NCBI GenBank assembly: GCA_963703315.1
Contig: OY969811.1
Location: forward strand, 128,001 to 192,000
Length of the DNA: 64,000 bases
Source: an uncultured cyanobacterium
GTDB taxonomy: Bacteria; Cyanobacteriota; Cyanobacteriia; Pseudanabaenales; Pseudanabaenaceae
Reading direction: 5' to 3'
The notes below the pieces were generated by a model, which saw only the letters and a program-made list of their open reading frames with translations, was not told where the DNA came from and did no database searches. The translations under genes and the position numbers were made by a program. Of this stretch, positions 19,536 to 31,823 are shown in pieces. Within the stretch, counting starts at the first letter, position 1, and the number at the start of each line of letters is the position of its first letter.

Positions 19536-20537
19536 ATGATGCAATCGGAAAATCTTCGTCAACGTGCCGCCGTCTTAGGTTTGCAAGTCTTTAGCAAGCG
19601 CTCTGCCGTGCGGCTGGGCATTGTCACCCAAATCTGGCTAGATGTCGATCAAAGGCGGGCTGTAGGTATGACCGTAGCTGAGCGATTTATTCCGGGGACA
19701 CCGATTGGGATTGGTGACACATTTTATATGTCCCTCGATAATGTCGATCTATTGGGTCCTGATGCAATTTTGGTGGATGACGAATCGGTACTCGAAGATA
19801 TTTTGATTACTGAGCGCTACACGACTTTAATTAATAATGAAGTAGTTACCGAATCAGGGGAATTACTAGGCAAAGTTCGCGATTTTAAATTTGACCCAGA
19901 GACGGGTGATTTAATGTTTTTGATTGTTGCCTCAGTCGGTAATCCGATTATTCCCGCCAGCTTAATTAGTACCTACGAAATCGATGTGAATGAAATTATT
20001 GCGGTTGGGCGCGATCGCATCATCGTCACCGAGGGCATGGAAGATCGGATGACCCAACTTAGCAAAGGACTGCTAGAACGTCTGGGACTTGGTAAGGCTC
20101 CTTGGGAAGACGATTTTGAAGATGATTACATCATGCCTAACAGCCCAACCATTCGTGATAATGCCCTGTCATCGGGTACGCGCAGCACCTATTCGCCACC
20201 ACCACAGCAACAGCGTCCTGTCTATCGTCAAGAGCAATCATGGGATGACGGTGATAACTGGGCTGAAGAGCGTGTTCCTGTAAATCCACCCCAGCAACAA
20301 CGTCGTCAAGCCAGAGCCGAGGTTCGTCCTGAGCCATCACGCCCGATCGCCCCACCCCCTGCTCCTATCGATAATTACGATGACGAGTACGATGATTTTG
20401 AAGATGATTATTTAGAATCACCTAAAACTAATTTTCGTAACGAAACCCAACAACAGATCCGTGATGCTTGGGGCGAAACCAAAATTCCTGACAAGTCCAA
20501 ACAACGCATTCCCGAAGAGGAATTTGACGAAATCTAA
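19536..20537 (+). CDS. PRC-barrel domain protein with acidic disordered tail
   Basis: Two PRC-barrel-like segments (RLGIVTQIWLD; EVVTESGELLGKVRDFKFD). Confidence 0.8.
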   Translation: MMQSENLRQRAAVLGLQVFSKRSAVRLGIVTQIWLDVDQRRAVGMTVAERFIPGTPIGIGDTFYMSLDNVDLLGPDAILVDDESVLEDILITERYTTLINNEVVTESGELLGKVRDFKFDPETGDLMFLIVASVGNPIIPASLISTYEIDVNEIIAVGRDRIIVTEGMEDRMTQLSKGLLERLGLGKAPWEDDFEDDYIMPNSPTIRDNALSSGTRSTYSPPPQQQRPVYRQEQSWDDGDNWAEERVPVNPPQQQRRQARAEVRPEPSRPIAPPPAPIDNYDDEYDDFEDDYLESPKTNFRNETQQQIRDAWGETKIPDKSKQRIPEEEFDEI

Positions 20538-21313
20538 TGCTACCCCGTGACCTATTGAATCATGTTGAAAATCGCGACACCGTTAGTCGTCTGCTAGATT
20601 TAGGCGATCGCGCTGTTCAGACATGGGAAGTTGTGTGCAGTGATTTCTTGTCTCCCCCTGAAATCACTGAGGGATTGCAAGTATTTGGCAAAATGACCGA
20701 AATCCATTGCTTAGCATGGGGCGGCTATGAACAAGCAGAACGTCAAAGACTAGCGATCGCCCGCTCAGAGTTGCCTCTCGACCCATCACTAGTCAGCCTC
20801 ACGCCCATCTCGATTTCAGGTAATTTCCTATTTGATACCGCAACCCATCGCGATTTCTTAGGCTCAATCCTCGGTACTGGGATCGAGCGTCAAAAAGTTG
20901 GCGATATCAATGTCTTAGGTGAAAAGGGCGCACAGGCGATCGTTGTCCCTGAGCTAGTGGAATATTTGCAACTGCATTTTAATCAAGTGCGAACAGTTCC
21001 CGTTAAGGTCAATGCGATCGCTTGGGAAGAGTTAAAAATTCGCATCCCTGTAACCAAGGAACTCACTTCCACTGAGGCTTCCTTAAGACTAGATGCGATC
21101 GCCTCCTTCGGTTTCGGAATGTCCCGCAGCAAAATGGTTGACCTAATTAACAGTGATGATGTGCGTGTTAATTGGAAAACTGTCTCGCAGCCCAACTATC
21201 AACTCAAATCTGGCGACCTGATCGCAATTCGTGGCAAAGGACGAGTCACCATTGGCGACATTATGATTACCAAAAAGGAACGCTATCGGGTGCAAATGAC
21301 GCGATCAGTCTAA
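20537..21313 (+). CDS. photosystem II S4-domain protein (YlmH/Sll1252 family)
   Basis: SDFLSP, GGYEQAERQR, HRDFLGSILG, SLRLDAIAS..GMSRSK, RGKGR. Confidence 0.85.
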   Translation: MLPRDLLNHVENRDTVSRLLDLGDRAVQTWEVVCSDFLSPPEITEGLQVFGKMTEIHCLAWGGYEQAERQRLAIARSELPLDPSLVSLTPISISGNFLFDTATHRDFLGSILGTGIERQKVGDINVLGEKGAQAIVVPELVEYLQLHFNQVRTVPVKVNAIAWEELKIRIPVTKELTSTEASLRLDAIASFGFGMSRSKMVDLINSDDVRVNWKTVSQPNYQLKSGDLIAIRGKGRVTIGDIMITKKERYRVQMTRSV

Positions 21314-21400
21314 ACTGTGAGCAAGTTTTCAGCATCACTCAAAAATCGAGATCGCCACTTTACCAAAATCAAGCAGCGATCGCCCATTGTTTACGCTATT

Positions 21401-23404
21401 TTACGCTTTACCAATTAAGCGATCGCGCAAAGCCTTGATCTTGTCGCGCAAAGCCGCAGCTTGCTCGAATTCCTGCTTCTTGGCAGCATCCTTCATTTGT
21501 ACTTCCAACTGCTCAATGATTGAGGGAATATCATCTAGAGAAATCTCCTTAGCATTGTTGACCACATACTCAAGTTGACGCTCATTGAGGCGGCGCGAAA
21601 CGGATAGAAACTCAAGGATGGCATTACCTTCTATCGACTTCACAATCGATCGCGGCGTAATCTGATTATCCTCATTATATTTAATCTGAATACGGCGGCG
21701 GCGTTCCGTTTCGGAAATTGCTTTTTCCATACTGTTGGTCATGCGATCGGCATACATAATTACCTGTCCAGCAATATTTCGCGCCGCTCTACCAATGGTC
21801 TGAATTAGCGATCGCTCTGCTCTTAAAAATCCTTCCTTATCGGCATCGAGAATCGCCACCAGTGACACTTCAGGTAAATCTAAACCTTCGCGCAATAAAT
21901 TTACACCAATCAATACATCAAAAGTGCCACGCCGTAAGTCTTGAAGAATTTCAATGCGTTCAATCGATTTAATATCGGAATGGAGATAACGCACTAATAG
22001 ATTCCGTTCTTGAAAATAGGTAGTTAAATCTTCCGCCATCTTCTTGGTCAAAGTCGTAATTAACACCCGTTCCTTTCGCTTAACTCGCAATTGAATTTCG
22101 TGATATAAATCATCAACCTGTCCCTCAGTCGGACGCACAAAGATCTCAGGATCGACTACGCCTGTGGGTCTGATAATCTGTTCAACTACCTGCTCCGAAA
22201 CTTCCATTTCCCAATCTCCGGGGGTTGCCGAGACAAAAATACATTGCTTGACCATCTCCCAGAATTCATCAGCCTTGAGAGGTCGATTATCCGCCGCACT
22301 GGGCAAACGGAAGCCATGATCGATCAGTGTCATCTTTCGGGCGCGATCGCCGTTATACATCCCTCTGATTTGCGGTATGGAAACGTGCGATTCATCAACA
22401 ATCAGCAACCAGTCATCTTTTGGGAAATAATCCACTAAACAAGCAGGAGATTCTCCTGCTTGTCGCCCTGCCAAATGCCGTGAATAGTTCTCTACTCCAT
22501 TACAAAATCCTACCTCCTGCAATAGTTCTAAATCATATTTAGTACGCTGTTCTAGACGTTGAGCCTCTAGTAATTTCCCTGCATTGGTTAATTCTTCCAG
22601 TCGCTCTTCCAGTTCTGCTTTAATATCGGCACAGGCAATTTCGAGGCGATCAGTAGGCGTAACAAAGTGACGCGCAGGATAAATATTCAAGGCTTCTAAG
22701 CTTTGCAAAATCTCACCCGTAACAGGATCAACATAGCGAATCGCTTCAATTTCATCACCAAAAAATTCCACCCGAATGGTGCGATCTTCGTAGGCAGGTC
22801 CTATTTCTAAAATATCGCCCTTGACGCGAAACTTACCCCGCCCCATTTCGATATCATTGCGCTCGTACTGCACATTTGTTAAAGCTTTTAGTAATTCTCT
22901 CTGGTCATATTCCACACCCACTGCTAAGGGAATCGAAGCTTTGAGATATTCTTCGGGAATCCCTAAACCATAGATGCAGCTTACGGAGGCGACGACAATT
23001 ACATCTTTGCGCTCAAACAGCGATCGCGTTGCCGAGTGGCGCAACATATCGATTTCATCGTTAATCGAGGCGGTCTTCTCAATGTAAGTATCGGTAACAG
23101 GAATATAGGCTTCAGGCTGATAGTAATCGTAATAACTGATGAAATATTCAACGGCATTATTGGGAAAGAATTCGCGCAATTCATTACAAAGCTGCGCCGC
23201 TAAAGTCTTGTTATGGGCTAGCACTAAAGTGGGCTTTTGATATTGGGCGATCGCATTGGCTACGGTCATCGTTTTGCCAGTACCAGTTGCGCCTAACAGA
23301 GTCTGATAGCGCAGTCCTTTTTGTAAACCATCAAATAATTGGGCGATCGCTTTGGGTTGATCGGCGGTGGGCTGCCAAGGGGTACGAATATCGAACAGTG
23401 CCAT
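21401..23404 (-). CDS. uvrB: excinuclease ABC subunit B
   Basis: [49 protein letters not shown]-terminal UVR motif; ATG at 23404. Confidence 0.98.
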   Translation of the reverse strand: MALFDIRTPWQPTADQPKAIAQLFDGLQKGLRYQTLLGATGTGKTMTVANAIAQYQKPTLVLAHNKTLAAQLCNELREFFPNNAVEYFISYYDYYQPEAYIPVTDTYIEKTASINDEIDMLRHSATRSLFERKDVIVVASVSCIYGLGIPEEYLKASIPLAVGVEYDQRELLKALTNVQYERNDIEMGRGKFRVKGDILEIGPAYEDRTIRVEFFGDEIEAIRYVDPVTGEILQSLEALNIYPARHFVTPTDRLEIACADIKAELEERLEELTNAGKLLEAQRLEQRTKYDLELLQEVGFCNGVENYSRHLAGRQAGESPACLVDYFPKDDWLLIVDESHVSIPQIRGMYNGDRARKMTLIDHGFRLPSAADNRPLKADEFWEMVKQCIFVSATPGDWEMEVSEQVVEQIIRPTGVVDPEIFVRPTEGQVDDLYHEIQLRVKRKERVLITTLTKKMAEDLTTYFQERNLLVRYLHSDIKSIERIEILQDLRRGTFDVLIGVNLLREGLDLPEVSLVAILDADKEGFLRAERSLIQTIGRAARNIAGQVIMYADRMTNSMEKAISETERRRRIQIKYNEDNQITPRSIVKSIEGNAILEFLSVSRRLNERQLEYVVNNAKEISLDDIPSIIEQLEVQMKDAAKKQEFEQAAALRDKIKALRDRLIGKA

Positions 23405-23774
23405 GAGGTTAGTTGAGAACGCTATCAAAATCAAGGATCTCTATCATATCAAACCCAAATTTTATCTGTTGATATTGGGACTAATTTTGATTGCTTCTAG
23501 GAAAAGCGCGATCGCTTAATAATTATCGGTCTTTGCAATGGGACGCTTCCTGAAAGCGATCGCCGATAACTTCTCGGAACTCATCAACGAAGTTAACCAT
23601 TTCTGATGTCAAAATCTCGGATAAAAACAGTCAGCCTCATCGGGGATATCTCTTCGGCAAAAGGTCTTGTATCAACAGTTCCCGATACCTTTCTATCCCA
23701 CCAGAGCGACTTCGGTAAATCCGCTGCACCTGAATTGTTATGCTGTGGTATTCACTACAAACATAGATGCTTTC

Positions 23775-24467
23775 TCACAATTTACTTTTGAGTTCATTAA
23801 TAATATGCTCAATACCTGAAATCGACCGATCAAGGAACCATAGAAGCTCTTCATCTATAACAGTAAAACTTATATAGGTAAAGGTATATTCACCTGAACC
23901 ATCTAATGGAAAATTTTGTAAAAGCATTAGTGGACTTCTTGTGAAAGGAGTTACTCTATCACCTTTGAAGTTTGAAACTCTAAAAATTCCATCATCTGCC
24001 TTACTTGCTATCCCATAGCCCGATGTACATTGAGTGACGCTCAGTTGTTCATGTTTATTCTCGTTACATAATGATGCAAAATCAGATATCCAATTATTAT
24101 TAACTGAAGTGAAAGGCTGAAAGGATTCAAGCACTGCCAAAAGATCAGGTCTTGAATCGAGAACACCAGTCATCAATTTACCAACACGAGACTTAAAATC
24201 ACTTTGTTTAAAATCTTTGGAAACAATAGGAAAATAAACTGCTTTGGAAGGAGCAGCAATGCTATATTGATCACAAATCTCTCTAGCACAATAGTCGAGA
24301 GCTGAACGCAAATGGTCAAAGATTTCTTTAACAATAATTTTTAGTTCTACACTGACAACTCCTGTGAGCAAAGCTTCCTCATATGGATCACCGTGATCAC
24401 CAATTTCATTACGTTGTCTTTTGGCTTTTTCAACTAAGGCTTCAGCCATTTCAAATCGTGTAGTCAT
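23775..24467 (-). CDS. hypothetical protein (HEPN-like motifs possible), AT-rich, HIP1-free
   Basis: 230-aa ORF with HLRSALDY, VYFP and CNENKH motifs; flanked by attC-like core sites. Confidence 0.65.
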   Translation of the reverse strand: MTTRFEMAEALVEKAKRQRNEIGDHGDPYEEALLTGVVSVELKIIVKEIFDHLRSALDYCAREICDQYSIAAPSKAVYFPIVSKDFKQSDFKSRVGKLMTGVLDSRPDLLAVLESFQPFTSVNNNWISDFASLCNENKHEQLSVTQCTSGYGIASKADDGIFRVSNFKGDRVTPFTRSPLMLLQNFPLDGSGEYTFTYISFTVIDEELLWFLDRSISGIEHIINELKSKL

Positions 24468-24828
24468 AACCTTTAACGACGCACGTATCTCTTACTTCAA
24501 GTTAAACATTCCACTGAGAATTTTCAACAACTTGCTTAAAGGAATTAAGTAGTGTAACAAACAGATAACCCTCAAGTGCTCCCTCATTAAGGACTAAGCA
24601 GCCTAACTAGTAATCATACTAAATCTTTTAGTATAGTTATCTTGATTGTGGCAATTATACAAAAAATTTCTGGATAACACAACCATATTTGCATAATATA
24701 CAGAATTTTTCTGGGCATCATCCCAATATTAGGTGAGCTAACCAGAAAAATTCTGGTTAACCTGACAAAACAAAAGCCCAAAAACTTCTAGCCCGATCGC
24801 ACAACACAATCCGCATTAAACACCAACA

Positions 24829-25398
24829 TTAACAGTTTTGTAAAACTTGAGCAGCCGTTAACTGAATGGGAAATATTGGCGAAGCGATCGCTTGCTCACC
24901 TTCATAAACTCTCTCTTCATAAAAGCCTTCCACCCATTCTAATACCGTCACCTTTTGGGCGATCGCATCGATAATCCAATATTCGGCAATCCCTCTCGCT
25001 GTATACTCTGTACGCTTGTAGCGATAATCGCGACTTGCTTGATTGGGGCTGACCACTTCAACTACTAACAATGGTGGTGGCATATCTAGCAATATTAGCG
25101 ATCGGGTTGCACCCTGCATCGCGATCGCTAATTCTTCGGAATAAACTATCAAATCAGGGACACGTACATTTACTTGTTGGCTATGCACAGCTATTTCTGC
25201 TTTCATTCTGAGGCGATTAGCAGGAATTCCTATTTGAGAAAAATAGATCAATAAAAACACAGCAATTAGTTGATTAATATCACTTTCCGAAGACACAGGA
25301 ATTAGTTCTCCATTTTCTAACTCATATAAAGCATCTGTCCCATCGTTATATTCGAGGAAATCCTCAAGGGTCATTTTTGGTGTAGTTGCAACAGTCAT
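24829..25398 (-). CDS. Uma2 family (DUF820) endonuclease-like protein
   Basis: YELENGEL, RVPDL, VVEVVSP, DYRYKRTEY...GIAEYWIID. Confidence 0.9.
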   Translation of the reverse strand: MTVATTPKMTLEDFLEYNDGTDALYELENGELIPVSSESDINQLIAVFLLIYFSQIGIPANRLRMKAEIAVHSQQVNVRVPDLIVYSEELAIAMQGATRSLILLDMPPPLLVVEVVSPNQASRDYRYKRTEYTARGIAEYWIIDAIAQKVTVLEWVEGFYEERVYEGEQAIASPIFPIQLTAAQVLQNC

Positions 25399-25546
25399 TG
25401 TTTTTTCTCCAATGGTTTTGCTTAGACTAATTATCACCGATCGCATCGATAGTTGTTGCCCTCAAAATGCTATGTTGATAAGCCTGACTCTTTTGGTTTT
25501 GAAATGCAACTAGCCTTCCAGACTTCTCTTTCAAACATAGTGCTTC

Positions 25547-26326
25547 ATGTTTGAGCATAATCATCAAGTTTATAAATCTCGTGAGATTGTTCAGCACTAC
25601 AGACAGTTATGCCAATTGCAACCTGCTGAACAAACCATTCTCGATCTTTTACGTGATGAATGGTCGAGTATGAAAATGCTCGATATTGGCGTGGGTGGAG
25701 GACGTACCACTCAACATTTCGCTGGAGTCGTTCAGGAATATCTTGGAATTGATTATTCTGAAGAGATGATTGCAGCTTGCCAGAAACGCTTTGCTTCTCA
25801 AGCAAAAGTCTTCGATGTAGTTGATGCCAGAGATATGAGTCAGTTCCCAGATAACTCTTTTGACTTTATTCTATTTAGCTTTAATGGCATTGATGTTCTT
25901 TCTCATCTAGATCGATTGCAACTTTTTCGAGAAGTCAGCCGAATTGGGAAGTCAGGAGGATATTTTTGCTTTTCAAGTCATAATCTACAAGGGTTAGAAA
26001 GAGAGTTTAACTGGAAAAGTCATATTAGCTTTAATCCTCTCAAAACCTATGTCAACTTGATTATGTTTGGACTGTTGCGATTCTTCAATCGTGAAATTTC
26101 TCGACAGAAGATAGCATCTTCTGACCATGAAATCATTCAAGATGAATCGCATAATTTCCGTTTAAAGCAGTATTATGTGAGACCTCAAGAGCAGATCAAT
26201 CAATTAAAAGCAGATTTTGACAATATCAGGATGTATTCTTGGAAAAGTGGATTAGAAATCAGTACGCCTCAAGAATTAAGCGCTAACTCTGATATGTGGC
26301 TTTATTATCTCTGCAAGATTAAATGA
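25547..26326 (+). CDS. class I SAM-dependent methyltransferase
   Basis: MLDIGVGGGRTT, GIDYSEEM, FSFNGID. Confidence 0.88.
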   Translation: MFEHNHQVYKSREIVQHYRQLCQLQPAEQTILDLLRDEWSSMKMLDIGVGGGRTTQHFAGVVQEYLGIDYSEEMIAACQKRFASQAKVFDVVDARDMSQFPDNSFDFILFSFNGIDVLSHLDRLQLFREVSRIGKSGGYFCFSSHNLQGLEREFNWKSHISFNPLKTYVNLIMFGLLRFFNREISRQKIASSDHEIIQDESHNFRLKQYYVRPQEQINQLKADFDNIRMYSWKSGLEISTPQELSANSDMWLYYLCKIK

Positions 26327-27849
26327 TGTCGAGCATAAATAGCAATGCTGGTAATGCAAAGCAGAGGTGTTAGCCAATCTCCCCATAAAACATATAGAGT
26401 TTTTGTATCGCGCAAATACACTGTTTCTAAATGGGTTTCATAGGTATTTACATCGGAAAGCCAGACTGTGCGTCCATTGGGATCGACAAAGCCTGAATAG
26501 CCTGTATTGGTCGCTCTCACTGCCCAGCGATCGCTTTCAATTGCCCTTGCCACATCTTGAGCATGATGTTGTGCCGACATATAGGATGCAAAGTGAGCAT
26601 TATTAGAAGCAGAAAGAATTAATCGACCACCTGCGGCAGTTTGGAATCGGAAGGTAGCGGGATAGGCGGACTCATAGCAAATGCCAACGATAAAACGTCC
26701 CCAAGGCGTATCTACTAGCTGCTCACTAGAACCTGCTTCTACTTCTCCTCGCAATGGTGATAAACGCTTGATCAAATTCCCTAAAATTGGTTTAAAGGGA
26801 ATATATTCCCCCACAGGCACAAGGCGAACTTTGTCGTATTGACCGAGAATTTGATCAGAACCATTAATCAAAAAAAGACTATTAGTATAATTATTCGGAT
26901 CTTCGGTATTGGGATTGCGAGTTTTGCCGAAGCCTCCTAACCAGACGGGAACACGATACTGCTCAACGATCCGATCAAAAGGTTCACGCCGCGCATCGTA
27001 ATTGGGATAAAGGAAAGAAATCGCAGTTTCGGGTGTGACAATCATTTCCGCACCTGCTTGGGCTAGTTTCTCATAGCCTTTAGTGTAGTTATTTACCGCA
27101 ATTTCCCATCCCTTTGGTTTTACGGTTAAAGCATTAGGGAAGTTCCCTTGAATGATGCCTGCTTTGATCGATTGCCCATTAGTGCTTGCCATGCGATCGC
27201 TTTGCATTTCCCATGCACCATAGCCAGCTATTGTTAACAAAAAAAGAAGGGCGGCGATCGCATAGCGCTTTCTCTCTTGCCAAGATTTATGTAAGAGAGT
27301 TTCTGCTAATAAGCCATTAATTGCCACAATTGCCGCAGTCATCGTCTGTTGTCCAGAAATACGACTAACCTGCAATAGCAATAAATCATGGGGACTTTGG
27401 GTATAGCCCAATGCAGTCCAATATAAAGGTCCCCAACTCCAGATGATTTCTAAACCACTAAAAATGGCACAGGCGATGATGATGCGACTGGTGACGTTTA
27501 GCTTCTGAGTGAGTAAAGACATCCCACCTGCCCATAGTGCTGACAATACGGCTCCCCATGCTGTAATCAAGACCCAAACCAATGTCGCAATCCAAAAGCT
27601 TGTCCACCAAGGAACACCCATCCATTCCATTGGATGTACACTCGTTATCCAAAATAACGCCATACCGTGATAGCAAAATCCCCACGTTGCCCCCATAGCG
27701 ATCGCCCCTTTGACTTTCAGTTTCTGAGCCAGCATCCAGAGAGGAATCAACGTAATCCACGCTAACCACCATTGACTAAAGGGATCGGGGGTGAGTCCCA
27801 TCAGGACACCACCGAGGGCAGCAAATAGAAGATTTTGCAAATTTCGCAT
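26305..27849 (-). CDS. lnt: apolipoprotein N-acyltransferase
   Basis: Multi-TM N-terminus; QGN, PETA, YDKVRLVPVGEYIP, GICYE, RAIE, RATNTGYS (E-K-C triad). Confidence 0.93.
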   Translation of the reverse strand: MRNLQNLLFAALGGVLMGLTPDPFSQWWLAWITLIPLWMLAQKLKVKGAIAMGATWGFCYHGMALFWITSVHPMEWMGVPWWTSFWIATLVWVLITAWGAVLSALWAGGMSLLTQKLNVTSRIIIACAIFSGLEIIWSWGPLYWTALGYTQSPHDLLLLQVSRISGQQTMTAAIVAINGLLAETLLHKSWQERKRYAIAALLFLLTIAGYGAWEMQSDRMASTNGQSIKAGIIQGNFPNALTVKPKGWEIAVNNYTKGYEKLAQAGAEMIVTPETAISFLYPNYDARREPFDRIVEQYRVPVWLGGFGKTRNPNTEDPNNYTNSLFLINGSDQILGQYDKVRLVPVGEYIPFKPILGNLIKRLSPLRGEVEAGSSEQLVDTPWGRFIVGICYESAYPATFRFQTAAGGRLILSASNNAHFASYMSAQHHAQDVARAIESDRWAVRATNTGYSGFVDPNGRTVWLSDVNTYETHLETVYLRDTKTLYVLWGDWLTPLLCITSIAIYARHHLILQR

Positions 27850-27900
27850 AGAGAAAGGAATAGGCTTGATATTGGAATAGGATACTCCCTTCCCATATTT

Positions 27901-28006
27901 TATACCGATTCACGAAAGTGTGGTCACACTTTCGTGAATTGAAACCCAAACCCCATAAGGGTTTCTAAAACCAAAAATGGCGTAGCCATTTTTGGTTTTG
28001 GTATTA
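27901..28006 (+). repeat. family C dispersed repeat between divergent lnt and metH
   Basis: TATACC...ATTCACGAAAGTGTGGTCACACTTTCGTGAAT...AAAACCAAAAATGGC-GTA-GCCATTTTTGGTTTT-GGTATTA. Confidence 0.9.
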
Positions 28007-28117
28007 CTGTAGTGACAATTCATGAATTGCCACTACGTCTCGTTCTTGTTTAGGACTAGCAGATATAGTTTGATATAATGAGCCGCTAGAGTCACTTTGT
28101 TCGCTTAGGGTATACCA

Positions 28118-31100
28118 ATGACCAGTCTGTTTCTGGAACGTCTTCATAGCAGCGATCGCCCCGTCATTGTTTTTGATGGTGCGATGGGTACAAATTTGCA
28201 AGTCCAAAATCTGACTGCCGAGGACTTTGGCGGTGCGGAGTATGAGGGCTGCAACGAGTATCTGGTGATGACGAAACCTGAAGCAGTGGCTAAGGTGCAT
28301 CGGGACTTTTTAGAAGCAGGGGCGGATGTAATCGAGACGGATACCTTTGGCGGTACGTCGATCGTCTTGGCAGAATATGACCTTGCTCACATGGCGTATG
28401 AGCTTAGTAAAAAAGCGACAGAATTAGCCAAGTCTGTTGCTGCCGAATTTTCTACTCCAGAGAAACCGCGTTTTGTGGCGGGATCGATCGGTCCAACTAC
28501 GAAGTTGCCGACCTTGCTGCATATTGATTTCGATACCATGAAGCAGTCCTTTATTGAACAGATCGAGGGGCTGTACGACGGCGGCGCGGATTTGCTGTTG
28601 ATTGAGACTTGTCAGGATGTGCTGCAAATTAAGGTTGCATTGAATGCGATCGCGGAATTTTTTGATAAGAAAGCCGCCGAAGGTAAACCCCGCATCCCTG
28701 TGATGGTATCGGTAACGATGGAAACTACTGGCACAATGCTGGTCGGTTCCGATATCTCGGCAGTTGTAACCATTCTCGAACCCTATCCCATTGATATTTT
28801 AGGGTTGAACTGCGCCACAGGTCCCGACCTGATGAAGGAGCATATCCAATATTTGAGCGCCCATTCTCCTTTTGTGGTGTCCTGTGTCCCTAATGCGGGT
28901 TTACCTGAAAACGTTGGCGGACAAGCATTTTATCGCCTCACTCCCGATGATCTCAAAGGACATTTAGCGCATTTTGTTGAAGATTTAGGCGTGCAGATTA
29001 TCGGTGGTTGTTGTGGCACAAGACCATCCCACATCAAGGCTTTAGCCGATGCTGCGAAGACGCTCAAACCGAAAAAGCGTGAACCCCTAGTAACTCCTTC
29101 AGCAGCTTCCATTTATAGCTCTCAACCCTATATTCAGGATAATTCTTTCTTAATTGTTGGTGAGAGATTAAATGCTAGTGGCTCTAAGAAAACTCGCGAT
29201 TTGCTCAATGCTGAGGATTGGGATGGACTGGTGGCGATCGCGCGATCGCAGGTCAAAGAAGGCGCACATATCCTCGATGTGAATGTGGACTATGTGGGAC
29301 GCGATGGCGTGCGCGATATGCATGAGCTGGTATCGCGTCTTGTCACTAACGTAACTTTGCCTCTAATGCTGGATTCCACCGAATGGGAAAAGATGGAAGC
29401 AGGTCTAAAAGTGGCGGGTGGTAAATGTATTCTCAACTCCACTAACTACGAGGATGGTGAAGAACGCTTCTGTAAGGTCGTGAGTCTCGCTAAGCAATAT
29501 GGTGCGGGAATCGTGATCGGAACCATCGATGAAGATGGCATGGCGCGAACTGCTGATAAGAAGTTTGAAATTGCTTCCCGTGCTTATAAACAGGCAACCG
29601 AAGAGTTAGGAATGCCAGCTAGTGAGATTTTCTTTGATACGCTCGCTTTACCTATTTCCACAGGCATCGAAGAGGATCGCCAAAATGCTGCTGCTACGAT
29701 TGAGTCAATCCGCCGTATTAAGGAAGCAATGCCCGAAACCCATGTGTTGCTTGGTGTTTCCAATGTCTCCTTTGGCTTAAATCCTGCTTCTCGCATTGTT
29801 CTCAACTCGGTATTTTTGCATGAAGCAATGAAGGTTGGGATGGATTCATCAATTGTCCATGCCAGTAAGATCGTGCCGCTTAATCGCATTCCTGAAAGAG
29901 AATTAGAAGTAGCGCGTCAACTCATCTTCGATCAGCGTCAATTTGACGGTGATATCTGCACTTACGATCCCCTTGGTGAATTTACGAAGCTCTTTGAAGG
30001 AGTTTCTGCGAAGCGCGTCAAGGTCGTTGATGATAATCTCTCCATTGAGGAAAAGCTCAAAAATCATATTATCGATGGCGATCGCATTGGGTTAGATGAC
30101 GCACTTACCGAATCGCTCAAGCAATACGAGCCGCTAGTAATCATCAATCAATTTCTGCTTGACGGTATGAAAGTAGTGGGTGAACTCTTTGGCTCAGGAC
30201 AGATGCAACTTCCCTTTGTGCTGCAATCTGCTGAAACCATGAAATCCGCCGTTGCTTTTCTAGAGAAATTCATGGAAAAGGAAGAGGGCGCAAATAAAGG
30301 CGTGTTCTTGATTGCTACAGTCAAAGGTGATGTCCATGATATTGGTAAAAATCTTGTCGATATTATTCTCTCCAACAATGGCTATAAGGTCGTGAATATT
30401 GGCATCAAGCAATCGGTGGAGAATATTATTAAAGCTTATGAAGAGTGCAAGGCTGATTGTATTGCGATGAGTGGCTTATTGGTCAAGTCCACTGCCTTCA
30501 TGAAGGATAACTTGCAGGAATTTAATAATCGCGGTATCACTGTTCCCGTCATTCTTGGTGGCGCAGCGCTCACACCCAAATTTGTCTATAACGATTGTCA
30601 GAATGTCTATAACGGCAAGGTGATCTATGGTAAAGATGCCTTCTCTGACCTCAACTTCATGGATAAATATATGCCTGCTAAGGCTGAGGGTAAATGGGAA
30701 GATGCCAAAGGTTTCCTAGATGAAGAGTTAGCCGTTGTTATTGATACTTCCGAAAAAGACTTAACGACTGCGGCTGAGGATAAAGCTAAGAAAGAAGCGG
30801 CGCTTGCGGAGCGTTATTTAGATATTGGGCGTTCTGAGGCAGTTGATGCCGATATCCCCCGTCCGACACCACCATTCTGGGGAACGAAGATTCTCCAAGG
30901 CGCAGATATTCCCATTGAGGAACTATTCTGGAATCTCGATCTGCAAGCGCTCTTTGCTGGTCAATGGCAGTTCCGTAAGCCTCAAGGTCAGCCCCGTGAG
31001 GAATATGACGCATTTTTGCAGGAAACCGTTTATCCCATTCTGGAAACATGGAAAGAACGGGTAATTAAGGAGAAGTTGCTAGAACCAACATTGGTTTATG

Positions 31101-31678
31101 GCTATTTTCCTGTGATGGCGGAGGGTAATACGGTCTATGTGTATGACCCGAAGGATATCGCTAATATTCAATCAGCACAGCCAATCAATCATTTTGTCTT
31201 CCCCCGTCAAAAGTCTCAACGTCGTCTCTGTATTGCCGATTTCTTCTCACCTAAAGAATCGGGAATTATTGATGTCTTACCATTGCAAGCCGTCACCGTT
31301 GGACATATTGCGACAGAGTTTGCTCAAAGTCTATTCAAAGCCAATCAATACACCGATTATCTCTATTTTCATGGTTTAGCGGTACAGATGGCAGAGGCGA
31401 TCGCGGAGTGGTCACATACGCGCATTCGCCATGAGCTAGGCTTTGGCGCAGAAGATCCTGATAATATCCGCGATATTCTTGCTCAGCGCTATCATGGTTC
31501 TCGCTATAGCTTCGGCTATCCCGCCTGTCCAAATATGCAGGATCAGTACAAGCTGCTAGATTTGCTCGATGCAAAGCGGGTTGGTTTAGAAATGGATGAG
31601 AGCGAACAACTTTATCCCGAACAGTCAACGACTGCGTTAATTGTGCATCATCCTGTAGCTAAGTATTTCAGTGCTTAA
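28118..31678 (+). CDS. metH: cobalamin-dependent methionine synthase
   Basis: DGAMGT, GLNCA, GGCCGT, pterin domain IVGERLN, B12 motif DVHDIGKN...SGL, activation domain [10 protein letters not shown]. Confidence 0.98.
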   Translation: MTSLFLERLHSSDRPVIVFDGAMGTNLQVQNLTAEDFGGAEYEGCNEYLVMTKPEAVAKVHRDFLEAGADVIETDTFGGTSIVLAEYDLAHMAYELSKKATELAKSVAAEFSTPEKPRFVAGSIGPTTKLPTLLHIDFDTMKQSFIEQIEGLYDGGADLLLIETCQDVLQIKVALNAIAEFFDKKAAEGKPRIPVMVSVTMETTGTMLVGSDISAVVTILEPYPIDILGLNCATGPDLMKEHIQYLSAHSPFVVSCVPNAGLPENVGGQAFYRLTPDDLKGHLAHFVEDLGVQIIGGCCGTRPSHIKALADAAKTLKPKKREPLVTPSAASIYSSQPYIQDNSFLIVGERLNASGSKKTRDLLNAEDWDGLVAIARSQVKEGAHILDVNVDYVGRDGVRDMHELVSRLVTNVTLPLMLDSTEWEKMEAGLKVAGGKCILNSTNYEDGEERFCKVVSLAKQYGAGIVIGTIDEDGMARTADKKFEIASRAYKQATEELGMPASEIFFDTLALPISTGIEEDRQNAAATIESIRRIKEAMPETHVLLGVSNVSFGLNPASRIVLNSVFLHEAMKVGMDSSIVHASKIVPLNRIPERELEVARQLIFDQRQFDGDICTYDPLGEFTKLFEGVSAKRVKVVDDNLSIEEKLKNHIIDGDRIGLDDALTESLKQYEPLVIINQFLLDGMKVVGELFGSGQMQLPFVLQSAETMKSAVAFLEKFMEKEEGANKGVFLIATVKGDVHDIGKNLVDIILSNNGYKVVNIGIKQSVENIIKAYEECKADCIAMSGLLVKSTAFMKDNLQEFNNRGITVPVILGGAALTPKFVYNDCQNVYNGKVIYGKDAFSDLNFMDKYMPAKAEGKWEDAKGFLDEELAVVIDTSEKDLTTAAEDKAKKEAALAERYLDIGRSEAVDADIPRPTPPFWGTKILQGADIPIEELFWNLDLQALFAGQWQFRKPQGQPREEYDAFLQETVYPILETWKERVIKEKLLEPTLVYGYFPVMAEGNTVYVYDPKDIANIQSAQPINHFVFPRQKSQRRLCIADFFSPKESGIIDVLPLQAVTVGHIATEFAQSLFKANQYTDYLYFHGLAVQMAEAIAEWSHTRIRHELGFGAEDPDNIRDILAQRYHGSRYSFGYPACPNMQDQYKLLDLLDAKRVGLEMDESEQLYPEQSTTALIVHHPVAKYFSA

Positions 31679-31716
31679 ATGGATTAAAAGTCATAAGTAG
31701 GAACACTTAATTATTT

Positions 31717-31792
31717 GTAGGATGCGTTAGTGTAACGTAACGCATCTATACAGTTAAAGATGATGGGTTACGCGATCGCTAACCCATCCTAC
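31717..31792. repeat. GTAG-type REP doublet
   Basis: GTAGGATGCGTTA...TAACGCATC-spacer-GATGGGTTA...TAACCCATCCTAC (inverted REP pair). Confidence 0.75.
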
Positions 31793-31823
31793 ATATAATT
31801 ACTTATATGCCTAGTACCCAATT

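Noticed and set aside
23606..23791. 61-aa ORF between uvrB and the orphan gene
   Set aside because: No recognisable motifs; it overlaps the attC-like sequence.
27850..28117. cobalamin or SAM riboswitch upstream of metH
   Set aside because: No B12-box or S-box motifs are visible; the structured segment is a family C repeat that also occurs elsewhere.
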